A stretch of DNA of 64,000 bases from an uncultured Candidatus Peribacteria bacterium. Lineage in GTDB: Bacteria; Patescibacteriota; Gracilibacteria; Peribacterales; Peribacteraceae. The first letter of the stretch is position 1, and every line of letters starts with the position of its first letter. Shown piece by piece: positions 18,325 through 27,715 of this stretch. The notes beneath the pieces were generated by a model, which saw only the letters and a program-made list of their open reading frames with translations, did no database searches and was not told the DNA's origin. The DNA is taken from the NCBI GenBank assembly GCA_964633955.1, contig CAZWIA010000001.1, forward strand, positions 16,820 through 80,819. Reading direction: 5' to 3'. The position numbers were made by a program, and so were the translations under genes.

Positions 18325-18624
18325 TCATGCCGCTTTGAACCCGGCATGGACTTCCAGCCGGTGGACACGGTCGTCCAGCAGGCTGATCTTGTCCTTGTGC
18401 GTGCCGATCATGTCATGCCGGAGGTCTTCCATGGCGGCCAGCATCCTGTTCTCTGAGGCTTGGATCTTCTCATCCATGGCCGCAAGCAGCCGATTCTCCG
18501 TATCCTGCATGACCGTCATGATGGTCTGCAGGAAGTGCTGCAGATCTGCTTTGGTGGCCGGTGTATCAGAGTCCGCCTGGGGAGTCATGGGTGACCAGTA
18601 TAGCCCGGACGTCCGGTGGGGCAA
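18325..18624 (-). CDS. Hypothetical small coiled-coil protein
   Basis: Heptad-like repeats (ENRLLAAMDEKIQASENRMLAAMEDL). Its start abuts the stop of the upstream 804-aa gene. Confidence 0.5.
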   Translation of the reverse strand: MPHRTSGLYWSPMTPQADSDTPATKADLQHFLQTIMTVMQDTENRLLAAMDEKIQASENRMLAAMEDLRHDMIGTHKDKISLLDDRVHRLEVHAGFKAA

Positions 18625-21039
18625 CTACTCTCCCGCGAGCGGCGGCAATGGGGTGTCACTCTGTGGTACTACACTGTCCGCTCGGATGACAAACGTGACA
18701 TTAGAGTCTGGATTGGCAGCCGGAGCGGGGCTGGGCTGAGCCGGCGGCGCGCTCGGCGCCGGCGTCACGATGGTCGGCTGGGAGATGGGGATCACGGGGG
18801 TGCTCGTGGGCGTTGCTGCCGGAGTGGGTACCGGCGTAGGACCGGGATGAGGAGTGACGGGTTTGGGCGCGCGGGGTGTTACTGCGGGCGTTTGGGCGAC
18901 CGGTGCCGTCTGAGGTGGCGGAGCGGTTGGCGCCGGCCCGGGAAGGGTGGGGGCAGTGGGCACGCTTGGGACGGCTACCGTGACGTTGACCGTGGGCGCG
19001 GAAGGAGCGCCAGCGGCCTCCTCACGCAGGCGCTTATTTTCCCGGTAGCGCTGGCGCTTCTTGCGCTTCCGTTCGCGTTCACGCTCGGCTTGCTGGTCGG
19101 CATAGGAGGGATTCTTGCCGGCAGGGGCCGGAGGGGTGGTAGGCGCGGGAGCGGCGGAAGCAGGAGGTGTGGGAGGTACGGAAGGTATAGAAAGTATAGA
19201 AGGTACGGGAGGTGGAGGAGGTGCCGGAGAAGGGATCGGCGGAGTGGCCGGTGCCGGTGCTGGTGGGACAGGAGTTGGCGTGGGCGGTGGGACAGGTGGC
19301 CGTGGGGGCTGCGGAGGAGGTACGGGGGCCGGGGGAGGAGCGGCGGACGGAGCGCTCGGTTGCGGTGCTGGTTTGGGCGGGGCGGCCGGCGGCGGCGTGG
19401 GGACCGGAGACGGGCTGGGCGGAGGCGCCACGGGTTTAGGCGGTTGCGGCGTGGGTGCGGCCGGCGGAGGCGGGGCTGGCTTCACGGGCGGCTTGGGAGG
19501 CTGGGGCGCTGGCGCTTCCTTTTTGGGCTCGGGTTGAGGTGCCGGCTTCTCTAGCGGTTGGCTGCCTAGGCCCTTCTTCAACCAGTCGGGTGCGGCGCGC
19601 TGGTCGATCGCCGGTTGCGGTTCCTCCACGGAGGCGGGCTTGGGGGTTGCTTCCGCCACCGTGGCGCCCGCAGGCCCGCGCTCCGGCGCGGACGTGCGCA
19701 GCGTGAGCGGCGGCGGGATATCAATGACGCTGCTTGCGGACGGAGATTCCGGCGGTGTGTCCTTGGATTCCACGATCTTGGCTTCCATACGCTCCAGCCG
19801 CTCGGCGAGCGTGCCGCCTCCCCGGCGCCGCAGAAGGCGTGAGACCGCGTACACCAGGGCGCCCAAGAGCGCGGCCGTGAGTATCGCGCCGCCGATCAGG
19901 CGCATCCAGCGCCAGATCCGGCTTCCAATGCCTGGCCCAGCGGTCTTAGCAGGAGGATCGTCCGTGCCCCCCACCACCACTGCGCCGGAGCCTTCCGGCG
20001 GGCCCGCATCTGAAATGGTCAGCTGCCGCTCACCGGTGGCGATGATGCGTCCCGTGGAGAGGAGCCGTGCCTGAACGCGCACGGCGTAGATGCCCGGCGC
20101 CGCGTAGCGGTGCACCGGCGCCATCTGCAGGCTCTGGCTGCCGTCCCCAAACGTCCACTCCAGGATGCTCGGCGCGGGAGAAGGCGGCAGGCCGGTCGCG
20201 CTAAAGCGGATGCTGCCGTCCGGCTGCACGTCCGCCTGGATGAGGAGGGACGTGCCGGGCTCGTCGCCTGCGGCCTGATCAGTCACCGGAACCGTGCGTG
20301 TGCGCTGCGCTCCGGCCAGGTCCGTCACCGTGAAGCTCAGAGTATGCGGCCCGGGCGGCAGGAAGAGCCGCAGCGGGTGCAGGTCCGTCCGCGCCAGTGT
20401 CGCGGCGGTGAGGAAGTCGTTCAGAGGATTGCCGTCGGCGTTGTCATCCCGTTCGGCGCTGCCGTCCACGTCAAAGGACTGGATCACCGCGCGGTTAGGC
20501 GTAACGGTGACGAGCCGGCTGCCGTGCAGGGTGATGGCGGATCCCTGGATGGGGGGGTCTGTGGAGAGGGGATCGGTAAGCAGCGGAGCGGGACCGATCC
20601 CGATGAGCGCGCCCGTGCTGGATGCGGACGGCGCGGGCTGGTCGGTAATGACCACGCGGAAGACGGCGCGGTCCTGGAGAGCCGCCGCGGTGTCCGTCTG
20701 CTCCAGGAAGAGCAGGAACGTGCCGGGCGTGATGCTGCGGAGCGGGAAGCTCTGCCCGCGGCGCGCTTCCAGGAACTGGCCGTCACGGGTGAGGACCCAG
20801 GAGGCGGTGCTGGCGGGGCTGAGCGGAACGGCCAGGATCTCCAGCACCGCGCCGGCGGGCAGGGTGAGGGATTCCTGTGCGGGAGCGGCGGTGTCCGGGA
20901 GCGCTACCGGCGCCGGCGCCAGGGCCCGCGGATCGGCCGGCGGAGATGCGCCCGGCGCCTGCGCGCCTGCCGTGCCAAGGCCGCCTGTAAGCAGCAGGGC
21001 GACCAGAAGGCCGGTGACGAACGAGACGGGCTGGCGCAT
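18625..21039 (-). CDS. Surface protein: signal peptide, PKD-like domain, single TM, about 400-aa proline-rich tail
   Basis: MRQPVSFVTGLLVALLLTGGLGTAGAQA; PKD motif LEWTFGDGSQSLQMAPVHRYAAPGIYAVRVQARL; TM LIGGAILTAALLGALVYAV; PPxP low complexity with an ERERERKRKKRQRYRENKRLRE patch. Confidence 0.75.
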   Translation of the reverse strand: MRQPVSFVTGLLVALLLTGGLGTAGAQAPGASPPADPRALAPAPVALPDTAAPAQESLTLPAGAVLEILAVPLSPASTASWVLTRDGQFLEARRGQSFPLRSITPGTFLLFLEQTDTAAALQDRAVFRVVITDQPAPSASSTGALIGIGPAPLLTDPLSTDPPIQGSAITLHGSRLVTVTPNRAVIQSFDVDGSAERDDNADGNPLNDFLTAATLARTDLHPLRLFLPPGPHTLSFTVTDLAGAQRTRTVPVTDQAAGDEPGTSLLIQADVQPDGSIRFSATGLPPSPAPSILEWTFGDGSQSLQMAPVHRYAAPGIYAVRVQARLLSTGRIIATGERQLTISDAGPPEGSGAVVVGGTDDPPAKTAGPGIGSRIWRWMRLIGGAILTAALLGALVYAVSRLLRRRGGGTLAERLERMEAKIVESKDTPPESPSASSVIDIPPPLTLRTSAPERGPAGATVAEATPKPASVEEPQPAIDQRAAPDWLKKGLGSQPLEKPAPQPEPKKEAPAPQPPKPPVKPAPPPPAAPTPQPPKPVAPPPSPSPVPTPPPAAPPKPAPQPSAPSAAPPPAPVPPPQPPRPPVPPPTPTPVPPAPAPATPPIPSPAPPPPPVPSILSIPSVPPTPPASAAPAPTTPPAPAGKNPSYADQQAERERERKRKKRQRYRENKRLREEAAGAPSAPTVNVTVAVPSVPTAPTLPGPAPTAPPPQTAPVAQTPAVTPRAPKPVTPHPGPTPVPTPAATPTSTPVIPISQPTIVTPAPSAPPAQPSPAPAANPDSNVTFVIRADSVVPQSDTPLPPLAGE

Positions 21040-21041
21040 GC

Positions 21042-21422
21042 TTAGAAGATATCCTGGAACGTACCCTGCACGGTCATGACAATGACCCGGGAGAAGAGGA
21101 TGAGCAGCAGGCCGATCGCGGTGTAGAGCACAATGCGCTTGGCACGGTCGCGGGACTCCTCAGATCCCATGCCCACGATGAGCATGATGCCCGCCACGAT
21201 GATCACCACCACGGCCGCGAGCCCCACGTAATCCAGGATGGCCCCGATGATATCCACGATGCGGTCCCGCGGGCTCCCGCCGGGCGCGATGCCCACCTGC
21301 CCCTGGGCGGCTTCCAGTCCCTCCTGCAGGCCGTCACGCGGGCCGTTGAACACCTGGGCGGCAGCGCGGGGCGCGTCCGCGATCAGTGTCAGCCAGGCGG
21401 CGAAGCTGCTCATGAGGGTCAT
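21042..21422 (-). CDS. TrbC/VirB2-like small two-TM protein (T4SS pilin candidate)
   Basis: Signal-like N-terminus, two TM helices separated by SEESRDRAKR; IGLLLILFSRVIV shared with the neighbouring paralog. Start at the internal Met 21422. Confidence 0.55.
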   Translation of the reverse strand: MTLMSSFAAWLTLIADAPRAAAQVFNGPRDGLQEGLEAAQGQVGIAPGGSPRDRIVDIIGAILDYVGLAAVVVIIVAGIMLIVGMGSEESRDRAKRIVLYTAIGLLLILFSRVIVMTVQGTFQDIF

Positions 21423-21478
21423 GACATTAAAATTATACCACAAATGAAACTCTAAGTCATGGTCCAATCCAGCCCGGT

Positions 21479-21784
21479 TCAGGTCAGCGTACGCAGGACC
21501 AAGCTCACGATCACACGGGAGAAGAGGATGAGCAGCAGGCCGATCAAGGCGTTCCGTACCACCCGCACGGCGCGGTCCCGCCGTTCCTGCTCCCCGCCGC
21601 TCGTGATGAGCAGCAGCCCGGCCCACAGGAGCGCGCCTACGGCGATCAGGCCCACCAGATCCAGGAGTGCTGCCAGGATCTGCGTAACCACGGCCTGAGG
21701 ACTGCCGGTGAAGACGCCCCTCAGATAGAGCCGAGCCGCCTCAAGGCCTGCGTCCAGGCCGCCGCCGCTGACGAGGGATTCCAT
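21479..21784 (-). CDS. TrbC/VirB2-like small two-TM protein, paralog
   Basis: Same architecture: GGEQERRDRAVR loop and IGLLLILFSRVIV. Confidence 0.55.
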   Translation of the reverse strand: MESLVSGGGLDAGLEAARLYLRGVFTGSPQAVVTQILAALLDLVGLIAVGALLWAGLLLITSGGEQERRDRAVRVVRNALIGLLLILFSRVIVSLVLRTLT

Positions 21785-22125
21785 TCGGGAAGGAGAAGGG
21801 CGGCTCCCATGCTACCATCCATCCCTTCATCGCACAGCTGATGCATCCCCGTCTCACCCGTCTCCGCCGTCAGGTCCACGCGCCCGCGCTCCTCATCCGT
21901 CACCCGCTCAGCATCGGGTACCTCTTGGAGCATCCGCCCATCCACGGCTGGCTGCTTGTCACGCGCGGTTCATGCCGCCTCTTCACGCACGTGCCGTTCC
22001 TTCCAGCGGCCAACCGTCTGGCGCGCCGTGGCATCAGCCTTCACCCCACAGCTGACTTGCCAGTTCACCTGCGGTCCTTGAAGCGCGTGACGGTTGAAAA
22101 AGACAATCTGTATTATATAGATTTT

Positions 22126-22833
22126 ATGTATTTGAAGACGAAAATGAAGAACACAACAATGATCCTCAAGTCGGGGATGGTCACGGAGCTTCGGCGAGTG
22201 AAAGACCCGGCGGAGCTGGCAACCATCCGCCGTGCCGATCGCATGACGGCAGGATTGATGCGCCGGGCGCGGCAGGTGCTGCGACCGGGGATCACGGAAG
22301 CGTGGCTGGCGCGGCAGCTTCACCGCTGGGCGCTGGAAGCCGGCGCGGATGGTTTGGCCTTCGACCCCATCGTGGGCTTTGGGCCCCATACCGCCCATCC
22401 CCATCACGTTCCGGGCGGGCGGCGGCTGAAGGCCAATGACCACGTGCAGCTAGACCTGGGCGTGAGGCTGAACGGCTACTGCAGCGACCGCAGCGAAATC
22501 CTCTTCATGGGGCGTCCAAAACCGGAAGTGCGGCGGGCGTACCGAGCGGTGAAGCGCGCGGCCGCCGCCGTGATCGCGCACGCGCGGACAGGCGCAAGGA
22601 TCCGGTCGCTTGACCGGCTTGCCAGGCAGGTGCTGCGCGACCAAGGTGTGCCGGATGACTTCCCCCACGCCCTCGGTCACGGGGTAGGACTGGAAGTACA
22701 TGAAGCGCCCACCCTCTCCGCACGCGGGGTGAACCGGGCGCTCAAGCGGGGCGAGGTGCTGGCCATTGAGCCGGCAGTCTACAGAGCCGGGGAGTACGGA
22801 GTCCGGTGGGAGCGCCTGGTGATCGTCCCGTAG
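22126..22833 (+). CDS. M24-family metallopeptidase (Xaa-Pro peptidase-like catalytic domain only)
   Basis: FDPIVGFGPHTAHPHH; DLGVRLNGYCSD; HALGHGVGLEVHE; LAIEPAVY. Start at ATG 22126 inside the longer listed ORF. Confidence 0.85.
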   Translation: MYLKTKMKNTTMILKSGMVTELRRVKDPAELATIRRADRMTAGLMRRARQVLRPGITEAWLARQLHRWALEAGADGLAFDPIVGFGPHTAHPHHVPGGRRLKANDHVQLDLGVRLNGYCSDRSEILFMGRPKPEVRRAYRAVKRAAAAVIAHARTGARIRSLDRLARQVLRDQGVPDDFPHALGHGVGLEVHEAPTLSARGVNRALKRGEVLAIEPAVYRAGEYGVRWERLVIVP

Positions 22834-22839
22834 TACTAA

Positions 22840-22953
22840 CTAGAACCGGTCTCTCATAAACCGTAGCAGGGGTTCGGTTACCCCTGCGGACCCGCGCGGG
22901 TAACCGAACCCGCGCTACGATTCATGGAGGTTGAGGGTTTGTGAGACCGGTTC
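22840..22953. repeat. MITE/REP-like palindromic element, copy B (114 bp)
   Basis: See copy A. It differs only near the left end (ctctcataaacc versus tttgataaacc). Confidence 0.8.
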
Positions 22954-23083
22954 AAGAGAAAAGTAGGTATATTAATAATGACTGCTATAGTAAGCCAAAT
23001 AGAGAGATCAAATCCTGTATTCTCATGATGGAAAATCCACTACGGTTGTGGTACAATGGACGGTCAACTCACACCCACACCGC

Positions 23084-24448
23084 ATGCGGCACTCCCTCTC
23101 TCTGGCGATCCTGATTCTGGCTGCGTGTCTGGGCACGCTGGTACCCTCTCCCGGTGCCTCCGCCGCGGGCGCGGAGCGGGAGTTCGTGGTAACGGCATAC
23201 TATTCCCCCCTCCCCAACCAGTGCTGCTACGTGAAGGGGAGCTATGAGGCGGATAGGATCCTGAATGGCAACGGCACCCACGGCGCGAGCGGCCGGCCGG
23301 TCTACCCGGGCATGATCGCCGCGCCGGCCTCCTATGCCTTTGGCACGCGTGTTGAACTACCGGAACTGGGGATGGTGGGAACGGTAGCCGACCGCGGAGG
23401 CGCCATTGTGGAGAAGGAGGGTTACGACCGGCTGGACATCTGGATGGGGGAAGGCGAGGAGGGTCTGGCGCGTGCGCTCGCCTTTGGCGTGCGGCGGGTG
23501 AAGGGCCGGGTCCATGCGCCTGGTTCCGCTCAGCCGGCTGAACGGGTGTCCCTGGCGGCGTACGCATCCCCCTTTGCCAGGCTGGCCGCGTTCGCCGTGC
23601 CGGGCGAACGTGTTCTTCTGACGCTGAAGGTCCGCCAGAGGGAACGGAGCCCCGCCGTGCGTCTGCTCCAAGAGCGCCTGGCTGCACTGGGGTACTTCCG
23701 CCATGCGCTCACGGGTCTCTACGGCGATGTCACCGCAGGCGCGCTCGGCCGGTTCCAGCAGGACTACGGTCTCACGGAACCGGCAGACCAACTGTCCGAA
23801 CGGACCGCGGCCTACCTGGAGGCAGCGTCCGAGCGCGTAGCAGCCCGCGACGCGTTGATCACGGAAGTTGATCAAACAAGTGGCCATCAAGATGTCCTGA
23901 GTGCAAAGAGGACCTTGAGATTCCTGGGGTACTACCGGGGCCGGACAACCGGCGTGTACGATGACGCGCTGGCGGCTGCCATCCTCCGCTTCCAGCAGGA
24001 TCACCGTCTGGTGGGCGGTCCAGGACTGCCGGGTGCCGGGCGCATCGGTCCTGTCACCAAGCGGACGGTGCTGCAGGCGTGGGAGCGTCGCATTGTGGCG
24101 TCACGCGCGGAACGGCTACTGCTTCTCCTCCGGGTGGAGCGGAAGCTTGCGGAGAGCGGCCGGCGCGTGGAGGCGTTTGCGGGGCGGGGGGAGCGCGGGG
24201 AGCACGTTCGAGTCCTGCAGCGTTTCCTGGCGGCCCGGAAGTACCTGCCGTCCCAGAGCGTCACCGGCTGGTTTGGCTCACAGACGCTCCGCGCAGTACT
24301 GGCCTACCAGCTGGAGCGGAAAATCATTCCCTCTGCCGCGGATCCGGCGGCTGGTTTTGTGGGACCGGCCACGCTGGCTGCCATGCAGCGTGAGCAGCGG
24401 CAGGATGCTTACCGCATCGTCCGGTCGGCAGGATGGGAAGCGCTCTGA
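23084..24448 (+). CDS. Secreted cell-wall protein: 3D domain plus three peptidoglycan-binding repeats
   Basis: Signal peptide MRHSLSLAILILAACLG; 3D-like VVTAYYSP...GTRVELPELGMVGTVADRGGAI...DIWMG; repeated LQxxLaxxGY...G.yg..t..Al..FQqd.gL. Confidence 0.75.
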   Translation: MRHSLSLAILILAACLGTLVPSPGASAAGAEREFVVTAYYSPLPNQCCYVKGSYEADRILNGNGTHGASGRPVYPGMIAAPASYAFGTRVELPELGMVGTVADRGGAIVEKEGYDRLDIWMGEGEEGLARALAFGVRRVKGRVHAPGSAQPAERVSLAAYASPFARLAAFAVPGERVLLTLKVRQRERSPAVRLLQERLAALGYFRHALTGLYGDVTAGALGRFQQDYGLTEPADQLSERTAAYLEAASERVAARDALITEVDQTSGHQDVLSAKRTLRFLGYYRGRTTGVYDDALAAAILRFQQDHRLVGGPGLPGAGRIGPVTKRTVLQAWERRIVASRAERLLLLLRVERKLAESGRRVEAFAGRGERGEHVRVLQRFLAARKYLPSQSVTGWFGSQTLRAVLAYQLERKIIPSAADPAAGFVGPATLAAMQREQRQDAYRIVRSAGWEAL

Positions 24449-24610
24449 GAAGGCTGGGGTGGAATGGCACTCTGCATGCGGCTCAATCAGCCCTTCTTCA
24501 TAGGCTGACGCCAAGAGGCATTCCGGATGGGCGGCGGGCTTGTTTGACCCGCAAGAGAATCCCTTTAGTGGTCAATTGACCTTCCAGCCGCTCTGGGCGA
24601 CGGTAGGTCT

Positions 24611-25750
24611 ATGCAGTGGCGCTTGCTCTTCTTGGTGGTTGCCTGCGGGCTCACGGCTGTGTCCGCCGCCGATGCTGCGGAGGAGCCCGTTTCCCGCCGT
24701 GATGCCTATGTGCGCATCTGGCAAACCGTCGAACGGCCTGCGCAGGAAACGCGCGAACGGCCGTTTTCTGATGTCCTGCCTGGCTCGCCGGGATTTTTGG
24801 AGATCACGTTTGGCAAGCGGCGAGGCATGATAGATGACGCGGCGGCGTTCCGGCCGGACGATCCGCTGGACCTGGAAACGGCGCTGTTGTGGCTCTTCCG
24901 AACACGGAACGTGATTGAGCATGACCGCATCACCGTAGAGAACTTCCCGCTGCTCCTTGGGCGCTATCCGGTGCTGGAGCATCTGGATCTGGGGGGCAAG
25001 GCGTATGCCGACCGGCTCCTCACGGCATCCGAGCTGCAGGGGCTCATAGACCGGCTGAAGGCGCTCATGGACGCCGAGGTCCACCTGGTCACCTACTACG
25101 CGGATGCGTTCCACGGCAAGGGCACGGCCTACGGAGAGACCTTTGACATGCATGCGCTGACGGCGGCGCACCGGTCATTCCCGTACAACACGCTTCTGCG
25201 GGTGACCAACGTGGCCAACGGCAAGAGTGTCGTTGTGCGCGTGAACGATACCGGTCCCTGGGTGCAGCCCGGTCACCGCTACTATGACCGGTTGGACCTG
25301 GACCTGAGCATGGCGTCATTCCGGTTGATCAGCGATACCGGACGCGGCGTGGAGGAGGCGAGGATCGAGCGGCTCGGCGATGTCGCGCTGGCGGATCCGG
25401 TTTTGCGGGGCACCCTTGAGGCGCAGGAGAGCGCGGAAGCCCGGTTCTGCCGGACCGGGGAGACGCACGCGGTCACCCGGCTCCATCGCGGTGCAGCGCT
25501 CTCATCCGGCGTGCCGCAGTGGCGGCGGACGGGGGAAGCGCTGGAGCTTGCGTCAGCACAGCCATTCTCTGTAGAGGAGCTGCGGCATCCGGCCGGGTAC
25601 CGGGAGGCGATCGGCCAGCGTGTGGTACCCGGGGAGATGTTCCGCCGTGTGCTTGAGCAGACGGGAGGATATCGCCTGGTCTTGTCTACGGAGGATGGGC
25701 GACGCCGCGCCTACGGCGTCCGCGTTACGGATTGCAGCAACATTCCATGA
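24611..25750 (+). CDS. rlpA: RlpA-like double-psi beta-barrel lytic transglycosylase-like protein
   Basis: YYADAFHGKGTAYGETFDMHALTAAHRSFPYNTLLRVTNVANGKSVVVRVNDTGPW. Confidence 0.8.
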   Translation: MQWRLLFLVVACGLTAVSAADAAEEPVSRRDAYVRIWQTVERPAQETRERPFSDVLPGSPGFLEITFGKRRGMIDDAAAFRPDDPLDLETALLWLFRTRNVIEHDRITVENFPLLLGRYPVLEHLDLGGKAYADRLLTASELQGLIDRLKALMDAEVHLVTYYADAFHGKGTAYGETFDMHALTAAHRSFPYNTLLRVTNVANGKSVVVRVNDTGPWVQPGHRYYDRLDLDLSMASFRLISDTGRGVEEARIERLGDVALADPVLRGTLEAQESAEARFCRTGETHAVTRLHRGAALSSGVPQWRRTGEALELASAQPFSVEELRHPAGYREAIGQRVVPGEMFRRVLEQTGGYRLVLSTEDGRRRAYGVRVTDCSNIP

Positions 25751-27603
25751 AGATACTGCACGGTCAGATTGCGGCGCGCCGAGGGTTCACGCTGATAGAA
25801 CTCCTCATCGTTATGGGCATTGTAGGGTCCCTGTCCGCCGTGGTAATCCTGGCCGTGAATCCGGCCGGGATGCTGGGCCAATCCCAGGATGCCAAGCGCA
25901 ACTCCTCTGCCAACCAGATTCAGAAAGCCATGCAGCAGTACCTGATCGAGCAGGGGCGGTATCCGGATGAAGCCAATATCCCCACGTCCGAGGCCAGCGC
26001 CAAACCCATCTGCGCGGATGACTACATCGGAGCGTCCTGCATCAGCATGGCTCCCGCCCTGATTCCCACGTACATCGCATCTCTGCCGGAAGACCAGTAT
26101 GAGAAGTGCTCCGCGTTCTCCGGCTTCAAGGTGTACCTGAAGAACGGCCGGGCGCAGGTCCTGGCCAGCCACGTGGGGCTGAGGCCGGAGCAGATCTCCA
26201 TGGATGCCACATGCCCGTCCGCCGTGCCGGCGGACATCACCGCGTCCGTGGCCAACGGTGGTGCCGTGACCCTCAACGGCACGCAGAACGTGGCGGCCAC
26301 GCCCGTCACGGTCACCATCTCCAACGGCGGAACCGTGGCGCTCACGCTCAGCAGCATCACGGTCACACGGACGTCCGGCAACTTCAGTACGGCCTTTGAC
26401 GGCGGGGCGTTTGAAGGGCAGCCGTCCCTCACGGTGCCGGGCGGCGGCACCAAGAACCTCACCCTCACGCTGGACACAGGCTCGGTAGGAGCGGTGGCCG
26501 GCCAAGTGAGCTTTGCTACGAGCGACTTAGACACGCCCAGCTTCAGCTTCACTGTGAACGGCACCGTGAACCCGCCGGCAACGCCGGACATCGCGCTCTT
26601 TGACGGCGCCACTAGCGCCGGCACCCCCATCACGGACGGACAGGCTGGCGCGATCGACTTTGGCAGCACCACGCAGGGCACGCCGGTGGACCGCACGTTC
26701 ACCATCAGGAACGAGGGGACCGCTCCCATCTCCCTCACTCTGCCCCTGACGGTCAGCGGGGACTTCTCCATCTTCACCCAGCCGAGCAGCAGCACGGTGA
26801 ATGTGAACCAGGAGCTAACCTTTGTGGTGCGCCTGGCGGCTACCAGCGTTGGGTCTCCCGCCGGTACAGTCACCGTCACCAGCGATGATCCGGATGCGGA
26901 GGGCACGTTCACCTTCCCCGTCTCCGGCACCGTGACATCTGGCATCCCGGCCGGGTTGGTTGCCTGGTGGAAGCTGGATGAGACGGTGGCCGGATCCGCT
27001 CTGGCGGACTCTACCGGTAACGGTCATGCCGGCACTCCTGCTGGCGCCACAGCTCCCGGCACCTCGGTCCCGCCGCCCCTCACCACCAGCGTGCGATCCC
27101 TGTATTTCACCGGAGGGAGCGCCAGTACGCCGGATGCCAATGACCTGGATGGCTCTGCCACCATGAGTTTCAGCTTCTGGGTGTACCCCACCACGCTGGA
27201 TGGCAATCCTCGAGGTATCCTCTCCAAGCGGGTGGCCCCGGGGAGTAATCCGTCCTACAGCTTCTTCTTTTATACCGGGAACCGCCTCTATCTGGATCTG
27301 GATAATGCGAACGACCGCACATCCTCCAACACTGTCTTCAGCGCCAATCAGTGGTACCACGTGGCCGTGACGTACGACGGTTCTCAGCTCGCCGCTCAGC
27401 GCGCGAAGCTCTACGTGAACGGCGTGCTGGACAAGACCTTCACGGAGACATCCGCTTCCATTCCCAACTACGCGAGCAGCCTCTGGCTCGGCATCCTGAA
27501 CACCGGTGCCAGCCACACCTATGCCGGGCGCCTGGATGACGTCCGGATCTACAGCCGCACGCTCACGGCCCAGGAAGTGGCTGCCCTGTACGCCGGTCCC
27601 TAG
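25747..27603 (+). CDS. Prepilin-type (type IV pilin-like) protein with large C-terminal LamG/concanavalin-like domain
   Basis: RRGFTLIELLIVMGIVGSL N-terminal methylation motif; C-terminal ...MSFSFWVYP...WYHVAVTYDG...KLYVNG...GRLDDVRIYSRTLTAQEV. ATGA overlap with the upstream gene. Confidence 0.8.
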   Translation: MKILHGQIAARRGFTLIELLIVMGIVGSLSAVVILAVNPAGMLGQSQDAKRNSSANQIQKAMQQYLIEQGRYPDEANIPTSEASAKPICADDYIGASCISMAPALIPTYIASLPEDQYEKCSAFSGFKVYLKNGRAQVLASHVGLRPEQISMDATCPSAVPADITASVANGGAVTLNGTQNVAATPVTVTISNGGTVALTLSSITVTRTSGNFSTAFDGGAFEGQPSLTVPGGGTKNLTLTLDTGSVGAVAGQVSFATSDLDTPSFSFTVNGTVNPPATPDIALFDGATSAGTPITDGQAGAIDFGSTTQGTPVDRTFTIRNEGTAPISLTLPLTVSGDFSIFTQPSSSTVNVNQELTFVVRLAATSVGSPAGTVTVTSDDPDAEGTFTFPVSGTVTSGIPAGLVAWWKLDETVAGSALADSTGNGHAGTPAGATAPGTSVPPPLTTSVRSLYFTGGSASTPDANDLDGSATMSFSFWVYPTTLDGNPRGILSKRVAPGSNPSYSFFFYTGNRLYLDLDNANDRTSSNTVFSANQWYHVAVTYDGSQLAAQRAKLYVNGVLDKTFTETSASIPNYASSLWLGILNTGASHTYAGRLDDVRIYSRTLTAQEVAALYAGP

Positions 27604-27677
27604 GCCGCGCGGAGGGGAATTTGCAGCCGGAATTGACGATCATGGCAGCGATCGACCTCCCACGCAGGTCATTTTTC

Positions 27678-27686
27678 TGCTATAAT
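27678..27686 (+). promoter_or_regulatory. Extended -10 TGcTATAAT upstream of the T4CP-like gene
   Basis: tctgctataatc lies 30 nt before the GTG at 27716. Confidence 0.35.
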
Positions 27687-27715
27687 CAGAGGAATATCCT
27701 GTACATTCCGCCCCG

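Noticed and set aside
18640-19560. Proline-rich region of the 804-aa protein as a hypervariable tandem-repeat or second DGR-type target.
   Set aside because: It is low-complexity PPxP/APxP coding sequence without exact DNA repeat units. It has no similarity to the TR.
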